A stretch of DNA of 64,000 bases from Candidatus Anderseniibacteriota bacterium (GTDB taxonomy: Bacteria > Patescibacteriota > Andersenbacteria > UBA10190): positions 153,134-217,133 of the forward strand of contig JACPWO010000001.1 in assembly GCA_016197005.1 (NCBI GenBank), read 5' to 3'. The position numbers and the translations under genes are program-made. How positions within the stretch are numbered: the first letter of the stretch is position 1; each line of letters starts with the position of its first letter. Positions 17,059 to 27,337 of the stretch are shown one piece after another. The notes beneath the pieces were generated by a model. The model ran no database searches. It had not been told where the DNA came from and saw only the letters and a list, made by a program, of their open reading frames with translations.

Positions 17059-17289
17059 ATGCCAAAGAAGGAATCTAAAACAGATACGTTTAATTTCGGA
17101 AAAGGATACACCGAGCTCGAAGCAATCGTGCAAGAGTTCGAATCTCGTGAAATCGATCTAGAAAAAGATTTGCCTAAATTTGAGCGGGGATTGGAATTAG
17201 CACAACGGCTCAAACAGCGCTTATCTGAAATTGAAAACAAAGTCGTTAAGATTGAAAGTAAATTTAGCGAACCTGGCACATCCGAATGA
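17059..17289 (+). CDS. xseB: Exodeoxyribonuclease VII small subunit
   Basis: A 76-aa protein with FE..L.ELE.IV..LE...L.L.......ERG. It lies directly downstream of xseA. Confidence 0.8.
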   Translation: MPKKESKTDTFNFGKGYTELEAIVQEFESREIDLEKDLPKFERGLELAQRLKQRLSEIENKVVKIESKFSEPGTSE

Positions 17290-18533
17290 AACGGATCTTG
17301 ATTTTGGGAGGGGGCTTTGCTGGAGTGGAAACATTCCGCCGCCTACATAAGCAACTTCATCCGGCCGGTAAGCACAATGTTGAGCTGCAGCTGATTAATC
17401 GTACCAACTACTTTACGTTTTCTCCCATGTTGCACGAAGTAGCTACCGGAGCGGTTACTCGTGAACAAGTAGTGCAACCTCTACGCGAAATTTTAGCGTG
17501 CTGTGGCAAAGACTTTCACCAAGCATCAGTTAAACAAGTCGACCTTGCTCGAAACGTTGTGGTAACTGATAGCGGGGAGCACCCCTACGATATCCTAGTG
17601 GTCACTCTTGGAGTTGAACAAGGATTCTTCGGTGTAGCCGGTGCTGCTGAAAACGCCTTAGCACTGAAGTGGCTGCCGGGAGCGCTGAACATACGTAACC
17701 GTATTATTAACTCCTTTGAGAAAGCCTCGGAGATGCAAGACCGACATGACACTGCGGGCGTTCGTCGCTTTTTACGTTTCCTCATTATTGGTGGCGGCGC
17801 CACCGGCACTGAACTCGCCGGTCAAATATCTGATCTAGTGGTTCACGAAATGCGATCATTCTACGGCGATGTACCCCAAAGCCTTTGCAGCCTGGAACTC
17901 ATTCATGCCGGGCAGCGGCTACTTGAAGTCTTGTCACCGACCGCTTCCATAAAAGTACAGCGACGCCTGGAAAACCTCGGAGTCGATGTTCGTTTAAACG
18001 CCCGCGTGGTAGAAGTAGGAAAAGATTTCGTTAAGTTAGCAACCGGTGAAAAGGTTGAGAGTAATAACATTTTCTGGACGGCGGGGACTGAAAGTACACT
18101 GCCAGGTATTTTGCCCAAAGAAGTACTAACCGAACGAGGACTCGCTATGATTGAACCAACTTTTCAGCTCACCGGACACGAACATGTATTTGTCCTGGGC
18201 GACTGTGCGCAGATACAAGACAAAGCCTATGCCTTTCCTCCGACTGCTCAAGCGGCCGTCCAGGCCGCTCGTATTACCGCCAAGAATATCTTAGCGCAGC
18301 TTAATGAGAAGCCTTTGGTTAAAAAGAAATACAAAACGAAAGGAGATATTATCCCCATTGGAAATTGGTGGGGATTGTATGAGAAGAAGTTCTTACGCGT
18401 AACGGGCGTAGGAAGTTGGATCCTGCGTCGTATTGTGTTTTTGAAAACGATGTATGGGTGGACGAACCGAATTGAAGTTGCCTTTACCTGGCTCGTGGCA
18501 CTGGTCTTACCACGAGATACTTCAGAATTTTAG
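17286..18533 (+). CDS. ndh: Type II NADH dehydrogenase / pyridine nucleotide-disulfide oxidoreductase
   Basis: KRILILGGGFAGVE, a second dinucleotide fold LIIGGGATGTELAG, and the length all fit the family. Confidence 0.75.
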   Translation: MKRILILGGGFAGVETFRRLHKQLHPAGKHNVELQLINRTNYFTFSPMLHEVATGAVTREQVVQPLREILACCGKDFHQASVKQVDLARNVVVTDSGEHPYDILVVTLGVEQGFFGVAGAAENALALKWLPGALNIRNRIINSFEKASEMQDRHDTAGVRRFLRFLIIGGGATGTELAGQISDLVVHEMRSFYGDVPQSLCSLELIHAGQRLLEVLSPTASIKVQRRLENLGVDVRLNARVVEVGKDFVKLATGEKVESNNIFWTAGTESTLPGILPKEVLTERGLAMIEPTFQLTGHEHVFVLGDCAQIQDKAYAFPPTAQAAVQAARITAKNILAQLNEKPLVKKKYKTKGDIIPIGNWWGLYEKKFLRVTGVGSWILRRIVFLKTMYGWTNRIEVAFTWLVALVLPRDTSEF

Positions 18534-18581
18534 AGACGTGGGCAGATTGCCATTTCAGTACTGCCGGGCCATAATCAGCAC

Positions 18582-19679
18582 ATGAACTACAAAACCCTAT
18601 TAGCCGTATTCGCCGTTTTTACTCTTATTGCGTCGATAGCTCAGCCGTCACTGGCTGCTACGTTCGTACATGACGAACGGGAAGTTACGACCGTCTCTGA
18701 TCCGGTCGCAGATGATCTCTACTTGTTTGGGAATGTGCTGTCTATTGAAGCCCCAATAACGGGAGACGTAACCAGTGCTGGTAAATCGGTAGAAATTACA
18801 GGATCTGTTAGCCAAGATATCTATGCCGCTGGACAGTCAGTTTCGATTATGGGAGCAACTGGTGACGACGTCCATGTAGCCGGCGAATCAGTTCGCATTA
18901 CATCTGAGGTTACGGGAGACGTGTTTGTTGCTGGCCAAAATCTAACCCTTACTGAAGATTCTTCCGTAGGTGACGATCTGTACGCCGGTGGATCCGACAT
19001 CATTATTGCCGGTAAGGTAGGCGGAGATGTGCGCGTAGCTAGTGAACAAGTAACTATTAAAAGCACCGCCCGAATCGATGGGGATGTTCAAGTCGCAAGC
19101 GATAAAGATCCAATCATTGAAGAGGGTGCCATTATCGGTGGCGAACTCAAACGGATCCATAGCGAAGTTGTCCGACCGAAGCCCGTTTTTCAAGCACACC
19201 TGGCTAACTGGGTACGACAAGTAGTCTCTCTGTTTGTTGTCGCCTTACTCCTCCTCCTTATTTTCCCACGAGTAACACAGAACCTGCTCACAACCATGCA
19301 GCAGTCACCACTAAAACGTCTCGGTGTTGGTTTCCTTTGGATGGTTCTCCTTATACCTACTGCAATACTCCTTCTTATTTCAATCATTGGCTGGCCACTC
19401 GCGTTTGCTTTAATTGCTGGCACAGTTGTAGCCGGAATTATTTCTACCGGAGCAGCCGCTTTGCTGGTAGGGCAGTGGGTCATGCGAAAAACTTCACCAA
19501 ACAGCACAAGTAATTTGACCTGGACCCATGCTCTTCTCGGCGCCGTCGTCTACCAAACAATCCAGCTTATTCCAGTAGTGGGTTGGCTGGTTGCCTGTGT
19601 GATCGTACTGATTGCTTTAGGTTCTATTGCTCGCCTTCTTATTCCACAGCGAACATCCACACCGTCACCAACTGTTTAA
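18582..19679 (+). CDS. Secreted and membrane-anchored protein with bactofilin-like GDV repeats and C-terminal TM helices.
   Basis: A signal peptide is followed by tandem degenerate repeats of the form (I/V)TGDV..AG.SV.I, then about four hydrophobic helices. Confidence 0.5.
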   Translation: MNYKTLLAVFAVFTLIASIAQPSLAATFVHDEREVTTVSDPVADDLYLFGNVLSIEAPITGDVTSAGKSVEITGSVSQDIYAAGQSVSIMGATGDDVHVAGESVRITSEVTGDVFVAGQNLTLTEDSSVGDDLYAGGSDIIIAGKVGGDVRVASEQVTIKSTARIDGDVQVASDKDPIIEEGAIIGGELKRIHSEVVRPKPVFQAHLANWVRQVVSLFVVALLLLLIFPRVTQNLLTTMQQSPLKRLGVGFLWMVLLIPTAILLLISIIGWPLAFALIAGTVVAGIISTGAAALLVGQWVMRKTSPNSTSNLTWTHALLGAVVYQTIQLIPVVGWLVACVIVLIALGSIARLLIPQRTSTPSPTV

Positions 19680-19745
19680 AACATTTGTGATACAATAGCG
19701 GAAGGTAACGTGTACCTTCTTTCACTTCAACGAAAAGGAATACGT

Positions 19746-20054
19746 ATGGAGCTGCTAGAAGTAAGGCGAACTGTCAGTTCACCAATGCAGGATCCACGGG
19801 TCATAGGAGTCATTGGAAAGCATCCTCTTCAGACTTGCGGCAGCGGTGCCACAAACCTAGCATATGTGTGCGATCACTATGCAGGAGCTCCACACGAAGA
19901 TTTAGGGCGATATTATTTGGCTCCGGTTCCAGAGCGACAATTCCCCTCTGAACTCACAGCACTCAAGGACCGCACCGACTTGACCATCGCAGAAATTGAG
20001 GAAACTTGCAGTACGATGGAACGTACTCATTTCTACTGGAAGGGTCCTCATTAA
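19746..20054 (+). CDS. Hypothetical protein (about 100 aa)
   Basis: An extended -10 element TGTGATACAAT lies upstream, AAAGGAA is present as an RBS, and a strong terminator follows. I do not recognise the family. Confidence 0.35.
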   Translation: MELLEVRRTVSSPMQDPRVIGVIGKHPLQTCGSGATNLAYVCDHYAGAPHEDLGRYYLAPVPERQFPSELTALKDRTDLTIAEIEETCSTMERTHFYWKGPH

Positions 20055-20081
20055 GAAACTTTTCCTCACTTGATTGCGTCA

Positions 20082-20108
20082 CCCGGCAGCTAGCTGCCGG
20101 TTTTTATT
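20082..20108. terminator. Bidirectional rho-independent terminator between the hypothetical gene and tsaC.
   Basis: The hairpin ccggcagc-ta-gctgccgg is followed by TTTTTATT. Confidence 0.6.
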
Positions 20109-20751
20109 GTAGTTTCAGGGATCCTTCGCGGATAACAATGGGAATACTTTCTTCAAGTCGAATAATTGTGCTTTGTCTGCCCGGTTGTAAATTTCCACCG
20201 TCTAAAATACAGCCAAGAGATAAATCATACGTTGTCTTGCCGGCACGTTTAATATCACCGTGTCGAGTATCTGTTGGATCAAGTAATCCAGGGAATGTAG
20301 TCGTAACACATGTTGTGTCGTAACACGCTTCTTGTCCTGAAACATTTGCACTTGTGGCAGTCAGCGGTACTTCCACTGCTTCCGCTAAACTTGCCATTAG
20401 CGGATGATCAATGACTCGCAATCCTACACGACCATCTTGGGCTATATGTGCAAGTGAATCCTTGGGTGTAAGGATAAGCGTAAGAGCCTGTCCGTCATAT
20501 TTCTGTAGAAACTGTATTTCTTCGTTTGTTATATCAAAAAATTCTTCCCACAAACTTTGCTTGAGGAATACAGTAAACGTTTTTTCGTCAGGTCGATGCT
20601 TCAAATTCCGTACGCGCTGGAGAGCATTCCCCTGAAGCGCATCGGCTGCTAGCCCATATGACGTACCTGTTGGAACAGCCACTACTCGACCCTCAGTAAT
20701 AATATGGACCGCTACCTTTATATCTTTGGTTATGGGGGTGAGATCAGGCAT
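20104..20751 (-). CDS. tsaC: L-threonylcarbamoyladenylate synthase (YrdC/Sua5 family)
   Basis: AVPTGTSYGLAADA, HRPDEKTFTVFL and LTATSANVSGQ match the family. Confidence 0.8.
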   Translation of the reverse strand: MPDLTPITKDIKVAVHIITEGRVVAVPTGTSYGLAADALQGNALQRVRNLKHRPDEKTFTVFLKQSLWEEFFDITNEEIQFLQKYDGQALTLILTPKDSLAHIAQDGRVGLRVIDHPLMASLAEAVEVPLTATSANVSGQEACYDTTCVTTTFPGLLDPTDTRHGDIKRAGKTTYDLSLGCILDGGNLQPGRQSTIIRLEESIPIVIREGSLKLQ

Positions 20752-20763
20752 ACTTAGAACTAA

Positions 20764-21666
20764 ATGAAAATTCCTCGCAGCACGATTATATTCGCTGTCT
20801 TATCCCTCATCTTGGCAGCCTCCACTAGTTTTGTCACCTGGCACTGGTGGTACGCTGAAGACGCTGCGATCGTCCCAGTATCCGACGACAGTATCCAGCT
20901 TGGGTTACCTGGCGTAGGTGGAGCGACCGACGATCGTCGCTTTACGGCTCGGTCAGCTCTCCTGTACGACACAGAAACTGACTCCATTGTCTTTCAGCAA
21001 AACGGATTTGAGCCCCGCCCAATTGCCAGCCTTACTAAACTTATGACGGCAATGGTAGCCCTCGACCACGGTATTACCTGGGAACAGGAAGCAGATATTG
21101 CACTGAACGAATATGGTGTCGGCGGGCAGCTCCTTCTTCATCCTGGTGAGAAGGTAACAATGCGAGATCTGATGGCAGCTTCCCTCGTTAGCTCTGCTAA
21201 TAACGCTACTCGCGCCTATGTTCGTGCTCTTGGGATACCGGAGGAAGTGTTTGTTCAAGAAATGAATCGTAAAGCTATTGCCTTAGGACTGGAGCAAACT
21301 CGTTTTGTCGATGTTACTGGTCTAGATTCAGACAATGTTTCAACTGCTTACGAAGTAGCAATCCTCGCCAAAACAGCCTTTACGCAATATCCTATTATCG
21401 CTGAACTTACATCTCGACCAGACTACACCTTCACCGTTTTAGGATCAGGTCGTGAACATACGATGCGAAATTCAAATAAGATTATCTCTGAATGGGGAGA
21501 TCCGCTCACTGGAAGTAAAACTGGATACATCTACGAAGCTGGATATTGCTTAGTGGCTCGCGGAGCCGGGGAAGCCGCCCATGAAATTTCTGTTATTTTA
21601 GGTAGTCCTAGTGAGAGCGAACATTTCGCGGACACCAAGCGAATCCTGAATTTGCCACAGGTATAA
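20764..21666 (+). CDS. D-alanyl-D-alanine carboxypeptidase (peptidase S11, PBP5-like)
   Basis: SLTKLMT is the SxxK motif, SSAN is the SxN motif, and GSKTGY is the KTG motif. An N-terminal signal/TM segment is present. Confidence 0.75.
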   Translation: MKIPRSTIIFAVLSLILAASTSFVTWHWWYAEDAAIVPVSDDSIQLGLPGVGGATDDRRFTARSALLYDTETDSIVFQQNGFEPRPIASLTKLMTAMVALDHGITWEQEADIALNEYGVGGQLLLHPGEKVTMRDLMAASLVSSANNATRAYVRALGIPEEVFVQEMNRKAIALGLEQTRFVDVTGLDSDNVSTAYEVAILAKTAFTQYPIIAELTSRPDYTFTVLGSGREHTMRNSNKIISEWGDPLTGSKTGYIYEAGYCLVARGAGEAAHEISVILGSPSESEHFADTKRILNLPQV

Positions 21667-21686
21667 AGCAGTGGCACACTAGCACT

Positions 21687-22079
21687 ATGGCTGACTTTAA
21701 GCCGAATATTTATCCGGTGATGTATTGGGCCTTAGCGTATGGGGCACTGGCAGGAGTTCTGCTGTTTGTCGTCTTTCTCCTGTCGCAATACATTACAGTG
21801 ATTTGGTTTCCTGTTTTTCTGGTTGGTCTCATCTTTGGTGGTTTCCGCAATTACCGCACGCAAAAGCGTGCCTTTGAACAAGGCCAAGGATTACCCCTGC
21901 AATCTAAACCGGTTATGCAAGAATTCCGCGAAGCTATTTCAGATATCACAACGGCGTCTCAAGAAATGATGGCGGAGCAGTCAGCGGAAGATCAGGCAGC
22001 AGCACAAACGAATGTCGAGCAGCCGCCAGCACCACCTCTACCACCAACACCGCCACAACCACCACTGCCGCCGCAGTAA
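21687..22079 (+). CDS. Hypothetical membrane protein with a Pro-rich C-terminal tail.
   Basis: Two TM helices are followed by PPAPPLPPTPPQPPLPPQ. Confidence 0.4.
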   Translation: MADFKPNIYPVMYWALAYGALAGVLLFVVFLLSQYITVIWFPVFLVGLIFGGFRNYRTQKRAFEQGQGLPLQSKPVMQEFREAISDITTASQEMMAEQSAEDQAAAQTNVEQPPAPPLPPTPPQPPLPPQ

Positions 22080-22082
22080 CAA

Positions 22083-23360
22083 TTAGCGACGTCGTCCAAT
22101 TCCGCGATAAGTAATTCCGGCAGCTGTAATACTGTCGGCATCGAGTGCATTTTTACCGTCAATGACAATTGAAATTCCTTTTTGAGTAAGCGCTTCAGCC
22201 GTAAGTCCATCCATAAACTCAGCATGGTCAGTTGCTACCATAACGACGTGGGCGCCTTCGAGGGCCTCATCGAGGGACCGTACGGTCGATTGATCCAGTA
22301 CGTGCGGATCAAATACACGTACAACATAACCAGCTTTTTCTAATAAATGTTTAATTTCGAAGGCAGGACTCTCGCGAGTATCATCAATATTCTTCTTATA
22401 GGAAAGCCCAAGCATCGCAACCGTCGTATCTTTCGGTTGTTTTTGGAGAGGAGTAAGTACATCGGATAAAAGAGAAACAGTATAGGCAGGCATACTGTCA
22501 TTAATGTGACGAGCTAGTTTCAAAAACTCGTGATTAAACCCTGCTTGACGACCACGTTCAATCATATAATACGGATCGACACTAATGCAGTGACCACCCA
22601 CACCATTCCCTGGGAAGTGCGGTAGAAAAGAGAATGGTTTGGTCGCAGCCCCGGCAATAACGTGAGTGATATCTATGCCGAGCTTATCAAATGACTTGGC
22701 CATTTCGTTTATGAACGCGATATTCACGTCTCGAAATGTATTTTCCAAAATCTTTACCGCTTCCGCTTCCGTCATCGTTGCCATCTCCTTCACAGGAGCA
22801 TCAAGAATGCTTTCATAGAATTCTCGACCGCGTTTGGTCGCCTGGGGTGTTAGCCCACCAATGACCCGTGGAATATTACGTACTGTCCATTTGGCATCAC
22901 CGGGATTTACTCGCTCCGGGCAATGCACAATATCTACCGCGAGATCAGTACGCGTAGCTAAAATAGGCAAAACTAATGTTTCCATAACACCCGGATTAAT
23001 CGTGGATTCAATGGACAGAAGCTGACCGCTTGTAAGGTGGGGCAGAATAGATTTTACCGAATTAGTAAGAGCAGTGAGGTCTGGCTCCTTCTTTGGCGTC
23101 ACGGGTGTCGGTACAGCCACAACAACTGTGTTTACAGTCGCGACGACCGAAGGGTCAGTAGAGGCAGTAATGAGCCCCGGTGTTAAATCACGGGCAAGCG
23201 TAGCGTCTTCGATAGGAGGAATACCTTGGTTTATGAGATCAACTTTCTTAGCATCAATATCATAGCCAACTACAGTAAAACCCTTTTTAGCCGCCAAAAC
23301 AGCCAAAGGTAATCCGACGTACCCCAGTCCCACGACGGCGATAGAACCCTGTTTTGTCAT
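22083..23360 (-). CDS. Nucleotide-sugar dehydrogenase (UDP-glucose/GDP-mannose dehydrogenase family)
   Basis: GSIAVVGLGYVGLPLAVLAAKKGFTVVGYDID is the Rossmann signature. The start is set at the ATG at 23360, because the longer track ORF adds a non-homologous extension. Confidence 0.8.
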   Translation of the reverse strand: MTKQGSIAVVGLGYVGLPLAVLAAKKGFTVVGYDIDAKKVDLINQGIPPIEDATLARDLTPGLITASTDPSVVATVNTVVVAVPTPVTPKKEPDLTALTNSVKSILPHLTSGQLLSIESTINPGVMETLVLPILATRTDLAVDIVHCPERVNPGDAKWTVRNIPRVIGGLTPQATKRGREFYESILDAPVKEMATMTEAEAVKILENTFRDVNIAFINEMAKSFDKLGIDITHVIAGAATKPFSFLPHFPGNGVGGHCISVDPYYMIERGRQAGFNHEFLKLARHINDSMPAYTVSLLSDVLTPLQKQPKDTTVAMLGLSYKKNIDDTRESPAFEIKHLLEKAGYVVRVFDPHVLDQSTVRSLDEALEGAHVVMVATDHAEFMDGLTAEALTQKGISIVIDGKNALDADSITAAGITYRGIGRRR

Positions 23361-23384
23361 AGCTCTCTTGTGTATACTACCACT

Positions 23385-23633
23385 ATGGCTCAAGTAACAG
23401 TCTACACTACGCAAACGTGCGGGTATTGCAAGGCCACCAAGCAATATTTAGGTGAGCATAATATCCCATATACCGAAATTGACGTCGGGGTAGACCGCGA
23501 CAAAGCACGCGAAATGATTGAGAAATCAGGCCAAATGGGCGTACCAGTTATCATAATTACCAAAGAAGAAAAAGAAGAAACTATTATTGGTTTCGATCAA
23601 GCACGGCTGGCAGGGGCGCTGGGCATCGCATAA
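23385..23633 (+). CDS. Glutaredoxin-like protein (NrdH/Grx family)
   Basis: VTVYTTQTCGYCKATKQYL carries the CxxC motif. The protein is small. Confidence 0.7.
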   Translation: MAQVTVYTTQTCGYCKATKQYLGEHNIPYTEIDVGVDRDKAREMIEKSGQMGVPVIIITKEEKEETIIGFDQARLAGALGIA

Positions 23634-23637
23634 GTCT

Positions 23638-24564
23638 ATGGACAATAAGGAATATGACATCACGATCGTAGGCTATGGGCCGGCGGGAATTACCGCCGCA
23701 ATTTATGCTGCCCGCAAGCGGCTTTCGGTCGCTCTTATTGGTGAATTACCCGGAGGGGAAGTACGTAACTCTGGCGATATTGAAAACTGGCCAGGGGATG
23801 GTGCTACTGACGGCAATACGTTGGCAGATAAACTTATCGCCCATCTCAAAACTCACCTAGATGCAGTTACTATTTTTCAGGAAAAGGTAACAAAAGTTGA
23901 GAAAGCTAAAAATGGTTTTACTACAACAACTGAGAGCGGAAAGACACTGGCAAGTAAAACTATTATTTATACCGCCGGCCGTCACCCCAGACTTTTGAAC
24001 GTACCCGGAGAGGTTGAGTTTAAAAATAGGGGAGTATCATATTGTGCTACCTGTGATGCGCCGCTTTTTCCCGACAAGGATGTCGTAGTTATTGGCGGCG
24101 GAAACACCGGCGCCGAAGCGGTCATTATGTTTCAGAAAATTGCCCGCAAAATATACCTGCTCCACAACACTGACAAACTCGCGGCTGATCCAATTTTAGT
24201 AGATAACTTTAAAGACGATCCGAAAGTTACGATTATATACAATACAAAAACGACGAAGATTAAAGGAAAAGGAATGGTAGCGAGTTTGACGTATGAAAAT
24301 AGTAACGGGAAAGAAGAAACTATTCCCGTTGAAGGAGTGTTTGTAACGATAGGAGCAATTCCCAACACTGCGCCGGTTAAAGAACTTATACCGCTTAATC
24401 CGCTCGGTGCAATTCCCGCTGATCGCTACGGCATAACAAGTATACCGGGCTTTTTTACCGCGGGTGACGTAACCGATATTCGTGATGCCCAAATTGTGGT
24501 CGCCGCCGGTCATGGCTGTTCGGCAGCATTGTCCGCCGGAGATTATATTAGTCGGTTGCAGTAA
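23638..24564 (+). CDS. trxB: Thioredoxin-disulfide reductase
   Basis: YDITIVGYGPAG and the redox centre GVSYCATCDA are present, and a second Rossmann fold VVVIGGGNTGAEA follows. Confidence 0.85.
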   Translation: MDNKEYDITIVGYGPAGITAAIYAARKRLSVALIGELPGGEVRNSGDIENWPGDGATDGNTLADKLIAHLKTHLDAVTIFQEKVTKVEKAKNGFTTTTESGKTLASKTIIYTAGRHPRLLNVPGEVEFKNRGVSYCATCDAPLFPDKDVVVIGGGNTGAEAVIMFQKIARKIYLLHNTDKLAADPILVDNFKDDPKVTIIYNTKTTKIKGKGMVASLTYENSNGKEETIPVEGVFVTIGAIPNTAPVKELIPLNPLGAIPADRYGITSIPGFFTAGDVTDIRDAQIVVAAGHGCSAALSAGDYISRLQ

Positions 24565-24600
24565 TGACTAAAGCTTCTTAGAGTAAGAAGCTTTCTTCGT

Positions 24601-25341
24601 ATGCTTACAAAACGTTTTCCCGCCTTATCTCATCCGCTTCTGTTATCAATCTTTTTCTTTGCGGGTCTTGAAGTGGCATTTGCGTTGCAGCGCCTCGTTA
24701 TTCCCGTCATGCTGACACTTGTTGGTATTGTTATTGCCGGAATTGCTTTCATTCGCTACGAAGAGTTGGGAAGGTTTAAGCCTTACCAAATGATTTTACC
24801 GGGCATTGCGGTAGCTGCGCTCACGGCTTTCACGTTATTTCTCCCCGTAAATGCCTGGCTGCATGTTTACATGCTATTTGCGGCCGCCTGTTTGTACTTG
24901 GTACTTACCCTTGGTGCAAAACAGGCCTACCCAACATGGAACCTTATTATCTCCCTCATTATTTTGCTCATTGCCTTAGCTAGCATCCTAGGCAGTCGCT
25001 TTCATTTATATGTCCCAGTCGTCTTAGCTCTCGGTCTGGCTTTTGCCATTACGACACTTATTGTGGCGCAAACGATGGTTCGTTACCGCGAAAGTTCTCC
25101 CGAAGCGTGGCTCCTGTCATGCGTCATGGGTTTCACCGCAGCGCAGCTGTTGTGGGTGTTGCAATTTTTACCTCTCCACTTCATGGTACAGTCCGGGGTT
25201 ATTCTCGCCGTTCTCTATGTCGGGACGGGACTGGCGGCAGCGCAAGCAGAAGGCGCCTTAACAAAGAAAGTAGTCCTGCAACATATTGGCCTTAGCATTA
25301 CCGCCGTAGCCACGCTATTATTAACAGCACGCTGGCAATAA
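24601..25341 (+). CDS. Hypothetical polytopic membrane protein
   Basis: At least six hydrophobic helices are predicted. Confidence 0.45.
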   Translation: MLTKRFPALSHPLLLSIFFFAGLEVAFALQRLVIPVMLTLVGIVIAGIAFIRYEELGRFKPYQMILPGIAVAALTAFTLFLPVNAWLHVYMLFAAACLYLVLTLGAKQAYPTWNLIISLIILLIALASILGSRFHLYVPVVLALGLAFAITTLIVAQTMVRYRESSPEAWLLSCVMGFTAAQLLWVLQFLPLHFMVQSGVILAVLYVGTGLAAAQAEGALTKKVVLQHIGLSITAVATLLLTARWQ

Positions 25342-25353
25342 ATTCATTGGTAT

Positions 25354-26391
25354 ATGAATCAGCCACAATCTAATACAGTTATTCGTTTGTCACTACGGTG
25401 GGTACTAGTAGCGCTTTTGGCTATGCTGGCCGTCGGTATTTTAGGGGGCATGATTGGTTCACAACTTAACAATCCACGCACGCCCCTAACTCGCCAGCAG
25501 GATCAGTTAGTTACTACGGTTCAAGAAGTTACCATCTCTCCTAGCAAAACTTCACAGACTATTGTGCGCGATCACGAACGATCGGTACTCCTCCTCGCTC
25601 AGGGCAGCTTTGCAAACCCGACTATACTGGGCACCGCTACCGTCATTACAAATGACGGGCTCATCACCGCCTTCCATCCACCGGTGCGCGGAGAAGTATT
25701 CGCCCTGGATAGTGGGGGTAATCGCGTCACACTGGAAGCAATTGGCGCCGATACATTGTTTGGTCTAACGTATTATCGCATCCGTGATGGTGTTATTGCT
25801 CCTCTGAATATTAGTGAGAGCGATCCGGCGGTTGGTGCAGAGCTCCTTTCTTTAAGTCGTTCACCGGAAAGTCTACAACCAGAAGCTGAGCACCATGAGC
25901 TGAGTGAGAAAACACTCGCCGAAACTGGTGACCCTGTTGGCTGGCAGCAAGTTGGTCTCATTTCTATTTCCGAGCAAAACCTAGCCGGCACCATTCTCGT
26001 CGATGATACCGGCGCTATTTCTGGTATATACACTGGCCCACAAAGTAGTGAGGCAGGACGAATTCTTTTACCATCAGATATTCGAGCAAGTTTGAATCGT
26101 ATTGCTTCGGGCAAGCGAGAAGAAAATCCGTTTGCTACCCGTGGATTTAGCGTCCGATCATCCTTTACCAGTAGTGACGAAAGTCAGCCAATTGTGTTTA
26201 CTCTTACCGTTGATAGATTGCAGCCAGGAACGCCCGCATCTGAGCTTCTAGAAGTAGGGGATATCCTTACGGCGATTCAAAACCAGCCAGTATCTTTTAC
26301 CAACAACGCTGCTTCCATGCTTTCAATAGAAGGGGAATTATCCTTAACCGTTAGGCGAGAGGGAAGAGAAGTGGTGGTAACGCTGCCATGA
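25354..26391 (+). CDS. Membrane-anchored trypsin-like fold protein with a C-terminal PDZ domain. It lacks the GNSGGP catalytic Ser motif and may be a pseudo-protease.
   Basis: VITNDGLITAFH is HtrA-like around the His, and LLEVGDILTAIQNQPV is PDZ-like. No GxSGG motif is seen. Confidence 0.45.
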   Translation: MNQPQSNTVIRLSLRWVLVALLAMLAVGILGGMIGSQLNNPRTPLTRQQDQLVTTVQEVTISPSKTSQTIVRDHERSVLLLAQGSFANPTILGTATVITNDGLITAFHPPVRGEVFALDSGGNRVTLEAIGADTLFGLTYYRIRDGVIAPLNISESDPAVGAELLSLSRSPESLQPEAEHHELSEKTLAETGDPVGWQQVGLISISEQNLAGTILVDDTGAISGIYTGPQSSEAGRILLPSDIRASLNRIASGKREENPFATRGFSVRSSFTSSDESQPIVFTLTVDRLQPGTPASELLEVGDILTAIQNQPVSFTNNAASMLSIEGELSLTVRREGREVVVTLP

Positions 26392-26765
26392 CCGTTCGGC
26401 CGTACACCATTGCTGCGATAGCGTCTGTGTTCGTTTTTTTTATCTTGCTCTCACTCGCTCAGGAATTGAATCGACAGTGGCAAGTAGAACGAGAAGTACA
26501 GCGCCTGGAACGAGAAGTAAAACAAATGCAGGCTACAACCGTAGAATTGCAAAACCTCAACCAGTATTTTCAGACTGATGACTTCCAGGAACGTCTCGCT
26601 CGCGAGAAATTAAATTTCCGCGCTCCCGGTGAGCAGGTTGTTCTTATCCCTGAGCAGGAACTACGCAGTGAGAAAGATACCTCACCAGTAGACGAAGAAA
26701 GCGCTGACCTTTCTATTCCTCGTAAATGGTGGGAAGCATTCTTTAGTGAACGTGGGTATTTATGA
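26388..26765 (+). CDS. Septum formation initiator family protein (FtsB/DivIC-like)
   Basis: An N-terminal TM segment is followed by a coiled coil QVEREVQRLEREVKQMQATTVELQNLNQYF and then REKLNFRAPGEQVV. Confidence 0.6.
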   Translation: MTVRPYTIAAIASVFVFFILLSLAQELNRQWQVEREVQRLEREVKQMQATTVELQNLNQYFQTDDFQERLAREKLNFRAPGEQVVLIPEQELRSEKDTSPVDEESADLSIPRKWWEAFFSERGYL

Positions 26766-27337
26766 TGATACGGAAACTATTAATTCGAGGGTTTTTCATT
26801 CTGCTTGGTGTTGTCGCGGCAGCCTGGGTAGGAACATGGGTTTGGCTTGTTACGTCAAAAGATATTTTGAATCACCCACTGGCGAGTCTCCCTATATATC
26901 CACTAGCCTGTACAACTCGAGGCTGTATTACGAGTGCATCCACTTTAAATTTTCACCAACGGGCCGTAGCCTTTAGTTTTGCTTCGCTAACCGATGCGCC
27001 AACTTTTGAAGAATCTCTTTCTACTGTTATTCGTCGTCATCTGGCAAAAGAAGCTTTTCTGCGTTCGCCAGTAACACTGGCTGATGCCAAGAGATACCGA
27101 GAAGAAATTTTACATATTACGAGCGAAGATAAAATAAAAGAGGTTGCAAGTATGTCAGTGGCACAATATGACGAAGATGTGCTAGTACCTTTCTTGCAGC
27201 AAGAAGCACTACGACAACAACATTCTGTAGAATCTACTGAAGAGCTCTACGGTATTTTAAGTTCACAGCGTCGAGTATTTTTATTGCCATACTACTTTCG
27301 CTGGGATACAGATAGGGGACAAGTAGTTTCCAAATAA
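26762..27337 (+). CDS. Hypothetical membrane-anchored protein
   Basis: An N-terminal TM segment is present and the stop overlaps neighbouring genes. Confidence 0.4.
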   Translation: MMIRKLLIRGFFILLGVVAAAWVGTWVWLVTSKDILNHPLASLPIYPLACTTRGCITSASTLNFHQRAVAFSFASLTDAPTFEESLSTVIRRHLAKEAFLRSPVTLADAKRYREEILHITSEDKIKEVASMSVAQYDEDVLVPFLQQEALRQQHSVESTEELYGILSSQRRVFLLPYYFRWDTDRGQVVSK

